A stretch of DNA of 62,631 nt, counting the filler, from Nemertoderma westbladi (taxonomy: Eukaryota; Animalia; Xenacoelomorpha), in the NCBI GenBank assembly GCA_032718475.1. It is 3 parts of 3 records of this genome, joined end to end, with 100 filler letters (N's around TTAATTAATTAA, not from the genome) between each part and the next. Parts side by side here need not be neighbours in the genome. Positions count along the whole stretch, not along the records: positions 1 to 31,884 come from JAUCBJ010002458.1; positions 31,985 to 52,710 come from JAUCBJ010002327.1; 1 more part is not named here. One strand, given 5' to 3'. A program made the translations under genes and the position numbers. Below the pieces are notes generated by a model that did no database searches, was not told where the DNA came from, and saw only the letters and a list, made by a program, of their open reading frames with translations. This document shows positions 26,458 through 38,549 of this stretch, in pieces; the first letter of the stretch is position 1, and each line of letters opens with the position of its first letter.

Positions 26458-26725
26458 CAGGGAGAGTGGTATAGAGACATACCACGGGAGTAAGAGGGTA
26501 CGTAGTACCGTTAGAGTAGAAGCACAGGGAGTGTGGTATAGAGACATGCCACGGGAGTAAGAGGGTACGTAGTACCATTAGAGTAGAAGCACATGGAGTG
26601 TGGTATAGAGACATACCACGGGAGTAAGAGGGTACGTGGTACCGAGAGAGTTAGAAATTAAAAAAAATCAGGGAGTGTGGTATAGAGACATACCACGGGA
26701 GTAAGAGGGTACATAGTACCGTTAG
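26458..26725 (+). repeat. Four copies of a ~67-bp double-hairpin unit in the BEL 3' non-coding region
   Basis: GTGGTAT-agagac-ATACCAC...GGTAC-gta-GTACC in units starting at 26458, 26525, 26592 and 26669. Confidence 0.9.
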
Positions 26726-27227
26726 AGGTAGAGAGTTAGTTTGAGTTAGTAGAATTAGAGAGTTAGTAGAGTTTGAGTTTGTAGAATTAGTGAAGTTAAT
26801 AGTTAGTAAGAAGTTAGCAAGAGAGTTACGTAGTAAGAAGTAAGTAGAGAGGTAAGTACGAAATGATAGCACAGAACAGGGGCAAATAGAGATAAAATAA
26901 AACAAAATTAAAATAAAATGAAGAATATCATCAGGATCACCTCCGAACTACAGAAGAGCCTTCAAGGTGGCCTTCGAAGGTCTGGTAGACCACCCGGGGC
27001 TGAAGGGCGAGTCGGTGTAATACAACAGCCGGCATCTAGTAGACAGGGAGGTGGATACACATAACAAAGGTGGAAAAGTTGGAAGCGGATAGACTTGGGG
27101 GGAAGCGACTGGAAGAAGTCCCCAGGCGAGAAAGGCGGAGAGAGAGTAGTGAGTAATAGGAATGAAACGCGTTATGTAAACGAGCACATAATATAATATA
27201 TATAATGATAATAATTATAATCTTATA

Positions 27228-27567
27228 ATAATTATATAATAATTCGTATATATATTATACAGTATGTACCCTAGTCAAGTCCAGCCTTTCCCAATTAGCT
27301 ACTGGGACTGGGGATTAATTGACTAGGGCGACAGGACGGGACTTGGACGGCTTCCACTAACATGATTATATGTATATATAATTATATATATATATATATG
27401 TATATATATGTATATATATATATAGTATATATAATTATATAATAATTCGTATATATATTATACAGTATGAACCCTAGTCAAGTACAGCCTTTCCCAATTA
27501 GCTACTGGGACTGGGGATTAATTGACTAGGCGACAGGACGGGACTTGGACGGCTCCCACTAACATGA
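27228..27567 (+). repeat. Direct duplication of a ~138-bp block separated by (TA)n
   Basis: 27228-27365 is nearly identical to 27431-27567; contains the ccctagtcaa/ttgactaggg stem. Confidence 0.9.
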
Positions 27568-28911
27568 GCGCTCATGTGTGGTGCCCGATAAGCATGTAAA
27601 GGATGAAAGCGAGAAGGGAATCAGGGGGAAGAACGGAGAGGAGGTTTTTTGATAGGATGAGGGAAAGTAAGGCGAGTGCAATTCAAGTGTGGGGGGGGGG
27701 GGGGAGGAGTAAGAGGTAGAGCGAGGGACAGGGAGGTCCGAGAGTTAGGGTGGAAGAGAAGTTAGAGTCAGTTAGAGCGGAGTTAGAGTGGAGAGAGTGT
27801 TGGGGAAACAAAAATTGTGCGAGAGAGACCCACAATTGGCCCGACACGGGATGCCAGATGTCTTGGTGCAAGATAGATGAAGTTGCACCAAGACTGGGTA
27901 GCGTTATCATACCCATAGGGAGCGGCCTGGAAAGCCGGCTCCGAAGAAAAATAACTCCACCCCACACCCGATAATAGACCGGGTTCCAGCGGAATTGAAG
28001 CGCACTTGAGGTAGATGCTATCTTCTTACCGGGAAGATAGCATGGGGGGGAGTGTTAACGGATTCAATTCCGCTAACCACCCCATAAAGTTGGGAAACGG
28101 CACCTTTGAGCAATATTGGGGAATACGAGATTGATTACCAATCAACCTCGTATCACCCCCAATAAACGGGGATGACAAACCCCGGAGGGGAAAGTAACAG
28201 CAGTGGGGGGGGGGGGGGGGGAACACTCCCACAGAGTTGAGGGTGAGAATTAGGTTATCGGCCAATGGGAGCCAAGAAACGCATCCGCTGAGTACAATGG
28301 CCATAGGTAATGTAGATATATAATATTACCGGTTAGTGCCCAAGATTCAGTTATCTCAGTTGCTCAGGGCAGTACGGCAACACTTTACACCGTCATCGCC
28401 GTCACCAACTATTGTATTTTTACCGGTACTTACAGTCAATTCAGTTATCTCATGCTATCTGTTATTTCACTATTGTATACTATATATTTTACCGCTTATC
28501 AAGAATATCGGAACAACAAACTTTATCTTTTTCCATCAAATGGTGCAGCCCTTGACGCGTAAATAAACCAAACTCGGTCGGGATCCTCTGATCCCGTCAC
28601 AATGGTGACGATCCACAAATTCGCATTCGATTAGTCAGATTTATATAATTTATCTTATTTCCAGCCAAAATAGAATCATATTGATGAATTTACAAAAATT
28701 TATTATAATTTTAAGACTTTATAATTGGTATTTGAAATTTTATATCTTTTCAAAAAGGTAATAATACACACAAAAAGCAATTTAAGTGTAGTTAAATTTT
28801 GATGTTATTTGTTGTTTAAAAATGTGTCAGCATTGTATTGGTTGTGAGTGTTTTATTGAGTGATTAATTTTGTGATTACTTAAAGTAATTGTTTTGTATT
28901 GAGAAGGAACC

Positions 28912-31884
28912 TGTAAGCGGATTCAATTCCCTTCATTCTCCACCCTAAAATGGGACCAGTGGCATTTTACTAATATAGTCGGCGATACGAGATTACCAAT
29001 AATAATCTCGCCTCATAACAAACTCGGGGGGGGGGGGGGGGCAACACAGGCCCTAAAGCTACAGAGAGAGGTGAGAGGTCAAACCACCTCAAAGGGAGAA
29101 CCCAGCTAGTCAAGGGAATGGGGTAACACTTACAGGGAGTGCCAAAGTGACAATTAGTATATAAGCCAATAGCGGGCAGGGGAGCATGTGGGGAAAGATA
29201 GGAAAGCATCCATTGGATAGCGAAGGCCAAAGTAGAGTAGAGGAGAAACCAATATGAATGTGTATCAATCATATAGTTACTCTGATTACTGGTTTACCGG
29301 TCAGTTCATTGATCACAGAGTAGCAGACTGGATATAGTTTTAAAACCATCACTTTATACACTGCTGTTATAATTCTGTATTGCAATTTCAATCATATACT
29401 GTTATAAATTCTGTGCTATTATCATTGAAACATTAACATCGAGAAACACAAACTCTGTTATTTTCCCGACGGCCTTCAGCCACAGATAAGTTCAGCAGCC
29501 CAGCAGAAAGTGATGCGTATAACCTAACCCGGTCGGGATCCTTGAACTCGATCCCATCACAACTAAAACTGTGACCGCAACACAATGAGATCGAGATGAG
29601 CGAACAGAGGCCCCGAGAACAGGAGGGAGAAAGAACGCCGCCGCAGACCCCGGACGACACCAACCAAACGATACCCAAGCGGAGGATGGCCGACAACTAC
29701 GAGGAGGGAAAGACAACAACAAGTCAACGCGCGACGACGACGGCGGTCGGAGTACCGAAGTCGCCGGCCAGCCACAGGCCAAGGGCGACGGATGGCCCAC
29801 CGGAACGGCGACGGTGGGGCCGCCGGTACGACGCCGGACGAGGAGGGAAGGTAGAGTCAACAATGAGGACAACGCCACCCCAAGAAACTACTTAAAGAGG
29901 CTAAGGAGGGGAGAAAGGTAGACCAGCCTAGACTATACCCGAGGCTGGGTGAGTCGAATAAACATTTTCGTTACTTAGTCCATTTTGGACATGGAGAACT
30001 GGCGAGTGAGAGAGCGAGGGGGGTCGCCACAGAACTGTTTGAATTATGGCGGTCCGAGGTAATGGAGCCAGATGTAGTATACATAGGGCCTTACTTAGTG
30101 GATGCTAGGGGAATTAAGTTAGTGGGATGGGTGGACCCGCACGACAGCGAATCCGAGGTTAACCCCGAGGATTCGGTGTCGTTGGTTAGTAAGAACCCCA
30201 GTAAACAGGGGAATATTAGCAGGACAGAAAGGCGACGGGAGTCCGTCGCGACCGATAAGTCCGCTACATCCTCCGCGAAAGCAAGAAGTGTGTTAGAGAT
30301 AGATCTGGCGTGTCAACTAGACATTGTGGTGCTGGATCAAAAGGAACTGGAAAGGCAGTTAGATGAGGGAACTGCGCTATTAGAGAGGGAGAGAGAATTA
30401 GTGAGAGAGTGTAAAGAGAGGGCCGAGAGGGTGGCGAGAAACTTTAGAGAGGGTGCGGAGAGGGAAATAAGTGAATGTAAAGAACGGGAGGCGAACGAGC
30501 GCAAAGAGCGAGAGGTGAGAGAGGCGAACGAGTGCAAAGAGGGAGAGGTGAGAGAGGCAACGAGGATTGAGAGAGAAACGAACGAGCCCAAAGAGCGTGA
30601 GGCAAAGAGGACTGAGAGGGTTGCGAGAGAGGCAGAGTTAGCCGACCAAAGTATGAGGGGGGATAGAGAGAGAGAGAGCACGGGCAGACGTATGCGAGAT
30701 GATATGCATACCCGGCTGAGGGGGTTAATGCAATATCAAGCGAAGCAAAAGCGCCGATTAGAACTGGCAAAAATGGGATTATCGGAGAGTGAGGCTGGTT
30801 CGGGTAGTATTTACGAAGAACCAGAGGTAATGGAAACCTTTGTTAATCTCCCACTTACAGGTACCGGACGGCAGAACAGACAGGACATTAAATAACCCCG
30901 AGGAAATTAATCAAAATAATATCATTAGTAACAGTGTAACGAATCAGGGCGAAATTAATAACGGTACGGTTAATATAAACGTAGGGGGAATGAAAGAACC
31001 AGCCAACGAGACCCTGCAAGGCCACGCAGTTGCACAGGGAGTAGCGGGGGTGAGTCAACCCAACGAGAGCCTGCAAGGCCACGCAGTTGCACAGGGAGTA
31101 GCGGGGGTGAGTCAACCCAACGAGAGCCTGCAAGGCCACGCAGTTGCACAGGGAGAAGCGGGGGTAAATAAACCCAGAGAGGGTAGAGATAATGCGTCGA
31201 CTAGAGGGGGGCGTAGGGGCGAAGTAAGAGGTGACGGATGGGGGGGGGGGGGCTATGGGCACCCCACCACAAGTGATTAGTGGTGAGAGGGGGGGTGGGG
31301 GGGTGGGGTGGGGGTTGGGGGGAGGTGGGGGGGCAGAGAATGTCCCACAAGCGTCAACGGGAAATGTGTGCGGCAAGTTAAGTGAGCCGTGGCACCCAAC
31401 GGCGGGCGAGAGGGGGGGGGGGGGGGGGGGGCGAGAATGTCCAACAAACGTCGGCAGACAATACGCGCGGCGACTTAGGTAAACCGTGGCACCCGACGAC
31501 AGAGAATAGTAGGGGGATTGCGAATATCCCCAGGACCGTCCAATCGGGCAGAGAGAGAGAGACGTTGGCGCCATGAGCGGGTGAGCGAGAAGATGTCGAG
31601 CCCAGTCGGAAGACGGAAGAAGAACAGTGGAATTTATCCAGGAGGTAGAAGAGAGAACTCACGATGAGGAACACCAAACCTCTCAGACCCAAATAAGTCG
31701 TGTGACACAGAGATAAGGAGGGGACCGTTACCCCCGATGATATATCCTACACAAGGAAAGTCGACAGGCCCAACAGGACGAACCGCAACCAACAGCAGGG
31801 GAGTCTGCACCACAACCATCGAGCGCGCTAGAAGTACAAGCGATAGGAATGGCAACACTCATCGACCCCCCCCCTGCTAAAGAC
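28912..31884 (+). mobile_element. Related BEL/Pao element: 5' LTR 28912-29561 and degraded gag, cut by the contig end
   Basis: LTR termini tgtaagcggattcaattcc / ggtcgggatcc..gatcccatcaca resemble those of 16286-17834. Gag paralogue motifs MEPDVVYIGPYLVD and LEIDLACQLDIV. Confidence 0.9.
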
Positions 31885-31983
31885 NNNNNNNNNNNNNNNN
31901 NNNNNNNNNNNNNNNNNNNNNNNNNNNNTTAATTAATTAANNNNNNNNNNNNNNNNNNNNNNNNNNNNNNNNNNNNNNNNNNN
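31885..31983. other. Artificial contig spacer (N run + TTAATTAATTAA + N run)
   Basis: Six-frame stop linker embedded in Ns. Confidence 0.97.
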
Positions 31984-32470
31984 NGATGATACCCAATTCC
32001 AGGACCATGCATGGAGATGTAGTTCCACCAAAGACGAAGCTCTAACAATTTACCAGCCCAAAAACTGCCATCTGCAAACCAGGCGGATGTTATCTTGTTG
32101 CTGCTATTATAGATGAGGGGAGAGACTGACAAGGCATACCAAGGAAAAGCTGCCGGGTCGCCCTGTGTTGTACCCTCACTAGATTCTAACTCTAGGGTAC
32201 CACAAAACAGGCGAATCTTCTTTCGGTATGTGTTAATAATATATGTTGAGAGTGCAGGGCAGATAATCTGGACATTATGCAATGCAATAGAACGGTTAAG
32301 CAAATTCAACTGACAGAGGTCAGTTGAATGGGGCCGAAACTCTTTGGAGCAGAGAATGCGCTTCAAGCATTCTGCATGAAGACCTGAAGGACCAGCACCA
32401 CCACGTAGTCGTAATGCAGCCTTAAACACCAATTCTTCATCCATTGCAGCAAAAGTGCTGGGGGAAACTG
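31984..32470 (-). pseudogene. Non-LTR reverse transcriptase fragment, CRE-clade-like, internally deleted
   Basis: GGAGPSGLHA, NRSIALHN..ICP..YIINTY, SSEGTTQGDP, WFADG (degenerate YADD), GPGIGYH. Confidence 0.75.
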
Positions 32471-32687
32471 ATCTATTGATCAGATCTACTGATCTGATCG
32501 ATCTATTGATTAGTTTTCAAGGTTTTTAAGGTGGCATTTATTGCAGTATAAAATATACTGTCAAATCACAGATCCCAGAAAAAGGAACATTCAAGTGACG
32601 GGGAAGTTTTACTAAATCTAACCAAAATACTAACAGCCATCGAAAATCAAATAGGTTCCGACTTCAAAGGTACAGTACTACACTGTA

Positions 32688-34807
32688 GGCTCATTCCATG
32701 CAAATGTCAACCGCAGTGCCAATTTTGAAAAAAGTGAATTATTGCTTCTCATATCAATTTTCAGAACCAATATATGATGCGGTTTACGAATTTAATACAA
32801 AAAACCGCATCAAAATTGGTTAACTTTCTGAAATCTGGTGTTATTCGGCTTTACCTCTCAAACTGCAAAAATACAGTTAACTGAGTGCATAATATGACAA
32901 CCGCGTTTTATGAGTAGTTTTAGGCAGATGGCAACGTAATAGAGTACTTTTCGAAGCAAAACAATCATATTTTCCAATGAAATCATTTGCTGTCAATTAA
33001 AACAACGTTGTGTCTAAAAATTCAGTGCTCATAATCTGCTTACATCATAATGTCCCGCACTTTACGCTGAACACCATATTTTGTTTGTACAAGATAGACA
33101 TATTATAATAGAATGATGTTATGTCGTTTGCAAAGCACAAATATATGTATCTTTAATCTGGGGTACTTAGTTTGTTTGTGGTGTTTCGTGTTATGTGGTA
33201 AACAGGTGTCCCGCACTTTACGTAAAGTGCGGGACAAAAAGTAGAAATATCAAAGGAAGTAGGGTAAGCGTGCATTTAGATGGAAGAACTTCAACTGGAA
33301 TAATCATAACAGACATTTAATCACTTCATATCATCTCTGCTATTAAGACACTATGAAAAAAATTCATGATGATCACATATATTTTAGTAAATATCCTCAA
33401 ATTATTAATTCCTATTATTATTAGTTTTTTCAAACTCTGAATATTATTTATAGGCCTGCTATTAACCCCTTCCTGGATGGAGCGTACTACAAATACAATC
33501 TCCCATATGCGCTACGGCCTAGACCGTACATGGTACGCTACTATTTATTAACGGTTTTATGGGTGCACTACAGTTCCAGGTCTAATCTGGCTATGTAATC
33601 TGTATTACATTAGGACTACAGCGCACTTAAAATGTAGTTTTACATAAGCCTAAAATAATATTGAACTGCCTGGAGGTAATAATACAGCAAGTAGGAGCCA
33701 CGCTGTACTAGGGCTTAGGGTAAGGCTACAAACAAATGATACAAACAAATTTGTTATTGTCGTGCCTCACTCTTCTGTTTTACTTACAGTATTAGGCACT
33801 ATATGTTGGCCTCTATTTGTTTTTTTACTCCATTTAGGGGTGTTCGTACATTGTCAGTGGCAGTGGCAGAGCAATGTTTTGCGCCATTTTTTTCATGCTG
33901 GGGCCAATTTTGAGAAAGGGAAAGGAAAAACTTGTTGAAACTTTGTTACGTTACGTATCGCAATATTGGAATGCTGGAATGGCGTATTAAAGCCCGTACA
34001 GCCTATTTGTTGGAGGCCTATTAATTATATCTATAAATAATCCCCCCCCCCCCCCCCCCACCCGCCTCATAACTACTGTGCAGTTTGCACTGTACTATAG
34101 GCCGGACCTCCAGTGGAATTGTATGCTTTAAATACTTGAACATTTACTTGACAGGCAGTCACATGTATACATGTACGCAGTAGTAAGGGGCTTTACAGGA
34201 CCAACTAAGTTTGGTAGGTTAGGTTTAGTATTTTGGTTAGGGTTAGTTGCATTGTCATTCATCTTTAAGTTCAAATTATATGTAGCAATCTCACTGACAA
34301 GTTTATAACTATCACTGATTTAGTCGGAATAATGTAATAATTAACGATTTAATGTGTTTATAAATGATAAAATCGCACGTGTCCCGCACTTTACAGTGAA
34401 ATGTCCCACACTTTACATGACTTTGCTGCACTTAAACTACTCCCCTGTTTCATTGATGTTACCTACCAGCTTACTAAAGGCTAATTTATTTTCCCTACAT
34501 ATCTAGGAACATCATGGAACAAAAGTTTTCCCACTAACTTTACTCAATTCGCTGAACTTTAGCAAAGAATTTGACAGTTGAGAATTTCACTTTCGTACGC
34601 GTCCCGCACTTTACAATTTTTTGAAGCAATAATTCTGAGACATAAACTGCTGCAGGTTTTCCAAACTGCTTTTTTTTTACTGAACCGATAATTGGTTTTT
34701 CTAAGAAACACAAGCATTATAATATTTTAGTTCATTTTCTTGATGTACAGTACTAAAGTATGCACAAAAAGTCGTACGAATGTCCCGCACTTTACATGGA
34801 ATGAGCC
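32688..34807. mobile_element. Non-autonomous DNA transposon, 13-bp TIR, possible 4-bp TSD TGTA
   Basis: GGCTCATTCCATG ... CATGGAATGAGCC, with tgta on both flanks. gtcccgcactttac motif at 33053, 33208, 34381, 34403 (variant), 34601 and 34782. Confidence 0.75.
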
Positions 34808-34880
34808 TGTACTGTATATTAGTTCAAATTTTCTAGCTCTATAGTTTATAAAATTGTCAGATTGTTTGGAAGGTCCTAAC

Positions 34881-35254
34881 GGTTGGGTGCAACCTTCGCC
34901 CGCGTCCAACCTCCGCCCGGGGGAAACCTTCGCCTGCAAGGCAATCTTCGCCCGCGAGCAACCTTCGCCCAATACTGTAAGATTTGTGTTAGTAAATATT
35001 TATGTTACCAATTTAGGGAAAGGAGCAGGTTACAGAGATGAAGTCTTCTAACCAAAACAATAAACGATGTTGTTTCTAATTGCGACGGAAAGGAGAAGGT
35101 TATGGAGACGGCTTTTTCTAACCAAAACAATAATTATTTACTGGGCGAAGGTTGCTCGCGGGCGAAGTTTTGCCTGTGGGAGAAGGATTCCGCCGGGCAA
35201 TAGTTGCTCATTTTGAGGGCGAAGATTTATCGCGGGCGAAGTATGCTGCGTACC
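34881..35254. mobile_element. Small foldback element with modular CTTCGCCC terminal arrays (Mutator-like MITE)
   Basis: About five cttcgccc-type motifs on the left, inverted gggcgaag motifs on the right. Direct repeat gtcctaac(g) at 34873 and 35255. Confidence 0.8.
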
Positions 35255-36227
35255 GTCCTAACGCTAACCGTTGTTTAGGTATTTGAAATTTTTCTTATAC
35301 TGTAGCTTGTAGTGTAGTAGGTCATGTAGTCCGCCAGATACATTTGAATGATGCATCGTAAGCACCACGGGTAAACTGTGTGTTTAGTGGGTAGATAAAT
35401 CTTTTTATAAATTATAAGTTTATAATACTGTATGAACCGTTTATAATATGTAAATACTGTAATTTCGTAAAATATATTACTGAAGTCAGTAAAACAAATT
35501 AATTTAACCAGAAAATATAAATAAACCAATTTATTTCCTGTACACAATGGTAAAATGATATATATGATTAAACGGAAAACGGAATCTTTTTGGATCTTCT
35601 CAAGATTTCGTTGATTTTAATGAGTTTCGGTATCGTGGGAGGAAATAAATAATGTCATTTGACACTTGAGATGAGATGGCCTGGCCTCCCGTCGTGTCTG
35701 TTAATTTTAATGAATGAGAATTGAATTGTAATTGGTAAATCATTATAAATGAGCGAGAATTCGTGATATTATTCTTGCCACAATAATTCCGGGTATTTTT
35801 CCAGGTAATTTAAGCAACAAAGAAAAAAAACCAAAAAAATATACGATACAAACAACAAAAATGAGGAAACTGTGAACTAATTAATGTATCAACTATTTAT
35901 AATGAGTTTAATTAAAATTATGTTACATGTAAGAATTACGTCGCCAAATTTACTTTGTTTAGTAGAAATTGGTGCGGCTGACGTTTCAACTAAAGTACTA
36001 TTAATTCCAATATTAAGAAATATTTTTTAGGTTAAAAAAAAATTGGACAGAAGAAGGTCCAGCTTATTTCGTTTGCGAGTTATGTACGTCTACATATCAA
36101 TACGTAGCCCTACACCTACTGTAGTTATATAGATAATTAAATATAAGTTGTTCATATAATAGCAATTATATAGTAGATAGTAGGCCTATAGTCAATATAA
36201 GAACGAGATGGGTATAAAGGCGATTAA

Positions 36228-38000
36228 CCCTATCTGGCCCGGGCTGTGTTACAACGTAAGAAAAGGGGGGGGGGGGGGGCGGGGGGGCATTTTGTAATTT
36301 TTTTAGATCTTGGCCCAAAAATTACAATTTTGATGGTATAAGGGTTTGCGAGGTCGGTGATCACGATAAAACTTGAAACTATTTTCTGACAAGGCAACCG
36401 TCATTTTTGGCTATTTTGCTATTTTGGTCCCCCAGGATGAAAAATAGAAGGAAAATAATGTCAAACTAAGAACTTTTGTGTTTGGTTTGATAATTCTGAA
36501 CGTATGTGGGTTTTGCTGCACACGTTAACTGCATATCGAAATCTGATATTTTTATCAAAGAATCATTCAATTTCTGTGCGTATGATATTTATGCCTAACT
36601 CATATTGTAAACCACCGCGAATCTTGTCTATATGTTGCCTAGCAGCAGTCATGGTAGTGCTGAGCTCTCATTGGCAACTACCGGTACAGGTATTCTTACG
36701 TCCTATTGGCTGTTTATATTCTTTCTTATAATGCTTATAATAGTCGATGTTCCTTCTGCTACCCTTAGGCACAACCTTGATAACATCTCACGTTACAGTG
36801 CTTTTAATAGTTATTGCGAACCTATGAGATTTACCTTGCTGTTCATATTGTGATTTATCGTTAATATTCAATCATATTATAATTACTATTATTGCACCAC
36901 TTGTTAATGAATATACAAGAACCAGGACAACACCACTTTACCCTCCACCCGGTGAGTACTATCTGTAAATTGTCCGTAGTAGATTCGGTTCATTTAGTGC
37001 GAGTGCATGTGTCGGCAATACTGCAATATTATTCCCCAACTTATAACTATAATCCATTAGATATCATGATGTGTTCAGTATGAGTAAACTATGCACTTGC
37101 CCTGCATTAGGTTCGACACAGCGTCCTACTTACAATATAAATAAGTCACACGTGCGCTTGTTCGCAGAAAACGCAACATAACGGAACGGTTTACACGTAT
37201 ACACCACCCCTTCGCTTTGAAGCAGTTTCTAGTGCCGAGGCACACACATTCAAGTAATTAATTGTACATACTGACCAGATATACGTATTAAATAATACAT
37301 ATACACGACTTGCGTGAGTGTTCCTGTTAATGTGACAGGTACCCCGAGGCCTTGATAACGCTCATAAGAACTACTGTAAGCGAATCCACGGTAACAGATC
37401 TTAGGTTAAAGTCTGGACATAATTGTTATTGAATTACCAGCCCGCCTGTAAAAGCCTCGACAATGGGTTTTCGAGGTCGCTGATCACGATGAAAGTAGAT
37501 ATAAATATTTCTTATAAATCAAACCCAATTTTTGTGCCATTCTGGTGCCCCAGAACGAAACGTACTGTACAAGTAGCACAAAATTATAAACTGTATAATT
37601 TTGCCTTTAGTTTGGCAATTCTGAAGACATACTGGTTTTCAGCTAAACACGATACAACTCGTTAATAATCATATGTGGTAACGTAAACTATCATTTTTGG
37701 TGCTTGTCTGGTGGGATGAAAATGCCAAAAAAGACGGCAAAAATCGAATTTGGTTGGATAATACGATATTTTTGAGTGTCATATTCGTGATCAGCGTCCC
37801 AGAGAACCCATAATATCTTACAATCAGGTTGATTTGGTGTTGATTTTTGATTATCAAATGTGTGCTACTTGCTGACTTGTATTTTTCGCGCCGCACATTG
37901 ACACATATCCAAAAACGTTCTAATCAACAATGTACGATATATTTCAGTGTCATATTCGTGATCAGCATCCTAAAAAACTTATATGGTGATAAAATTGAGT
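36228..38000. mobile_element. Possible piggyBac-type non-autonomous element; only the left end is seen
   Basis: TTAA|CCCTAT followed by poly-G, as at 44075. Internal (gc)tgatcacga motifs in both orientations. No right end found, so the end coordinate is approximate. Confidence 0.35.
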
Positions 38001-38549
38001 TGATTTTGTGGTGATTTTTCATTATCATATTTGCACTACTTTTTTTTCGTGCCCTAGGGGACACATTCATAATTACCAAAAATTAGCCATGTAAATGGCG
38101 TTTTCGCCGTTGGGTAGCCCATTAAATTTTAGGAATAATCACGAAATTTTGGTTTTTCCTACAAAGCTGACTGAAAGATACAGATGATTTACAAAAAAAA
38201 TTCTCAAACGGTGCAAACGGAAACCCATGTAATATGCTCCTGTGTCCTTCTTAAAGAATCAGTACGTAGAGATTTCCAGGTTGTACTGTACTGTACTTAC
38301 CGATAATATCAGTAATCTTATGAAATTGAATAGTCCAGAGTGAGTGGTGCAGCTATCAATGAAGAATTTGGTATGAATCGATGATAAAATCCACACATTC
38401 CTAAAAATCGACGCAATGAAGAAATCGATTTGGGTTGTGGTAGGCCTACTTCTTTTATTGCTTGAATTTTGGATGGATTTGGGGAAACGCCATTTTTAGA
38501 TATCACGTAACCTACAAATTGCACTTCAGTTTGAAAATATGAACACTTT

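Larger units (their letters stand above)
16286..28601 (+). mobile_element. Full-length BEL/Pao LTR retrotransposon, 5-bp TSD ATGGT
   Basis: LTRs 16286-17834 (with LINE insert) and 28053-28601, TG..CA. ATGGT at 16281-16285 and 28602-28606. PPT gggggggag before 28053. Domain order gag-PR-RT-RH-IN. Confidence 0.97.

Noticed and set aside
26140-28052. env-like gene in the BEL 3' region
   Set aside because: No long ORF; the region is low-complexity and repeat-rich.
31885-31983. TTAATTAATTAA palindrome as a biological site; linkage across the gaps (also 52711-52810)
   Set aside because: An identical linker sits within Ns at both gaps, so it is an artificial join. Adjacency of the Polinton-like ORF and the ribozyme unit is therefore not evidence of linkage.
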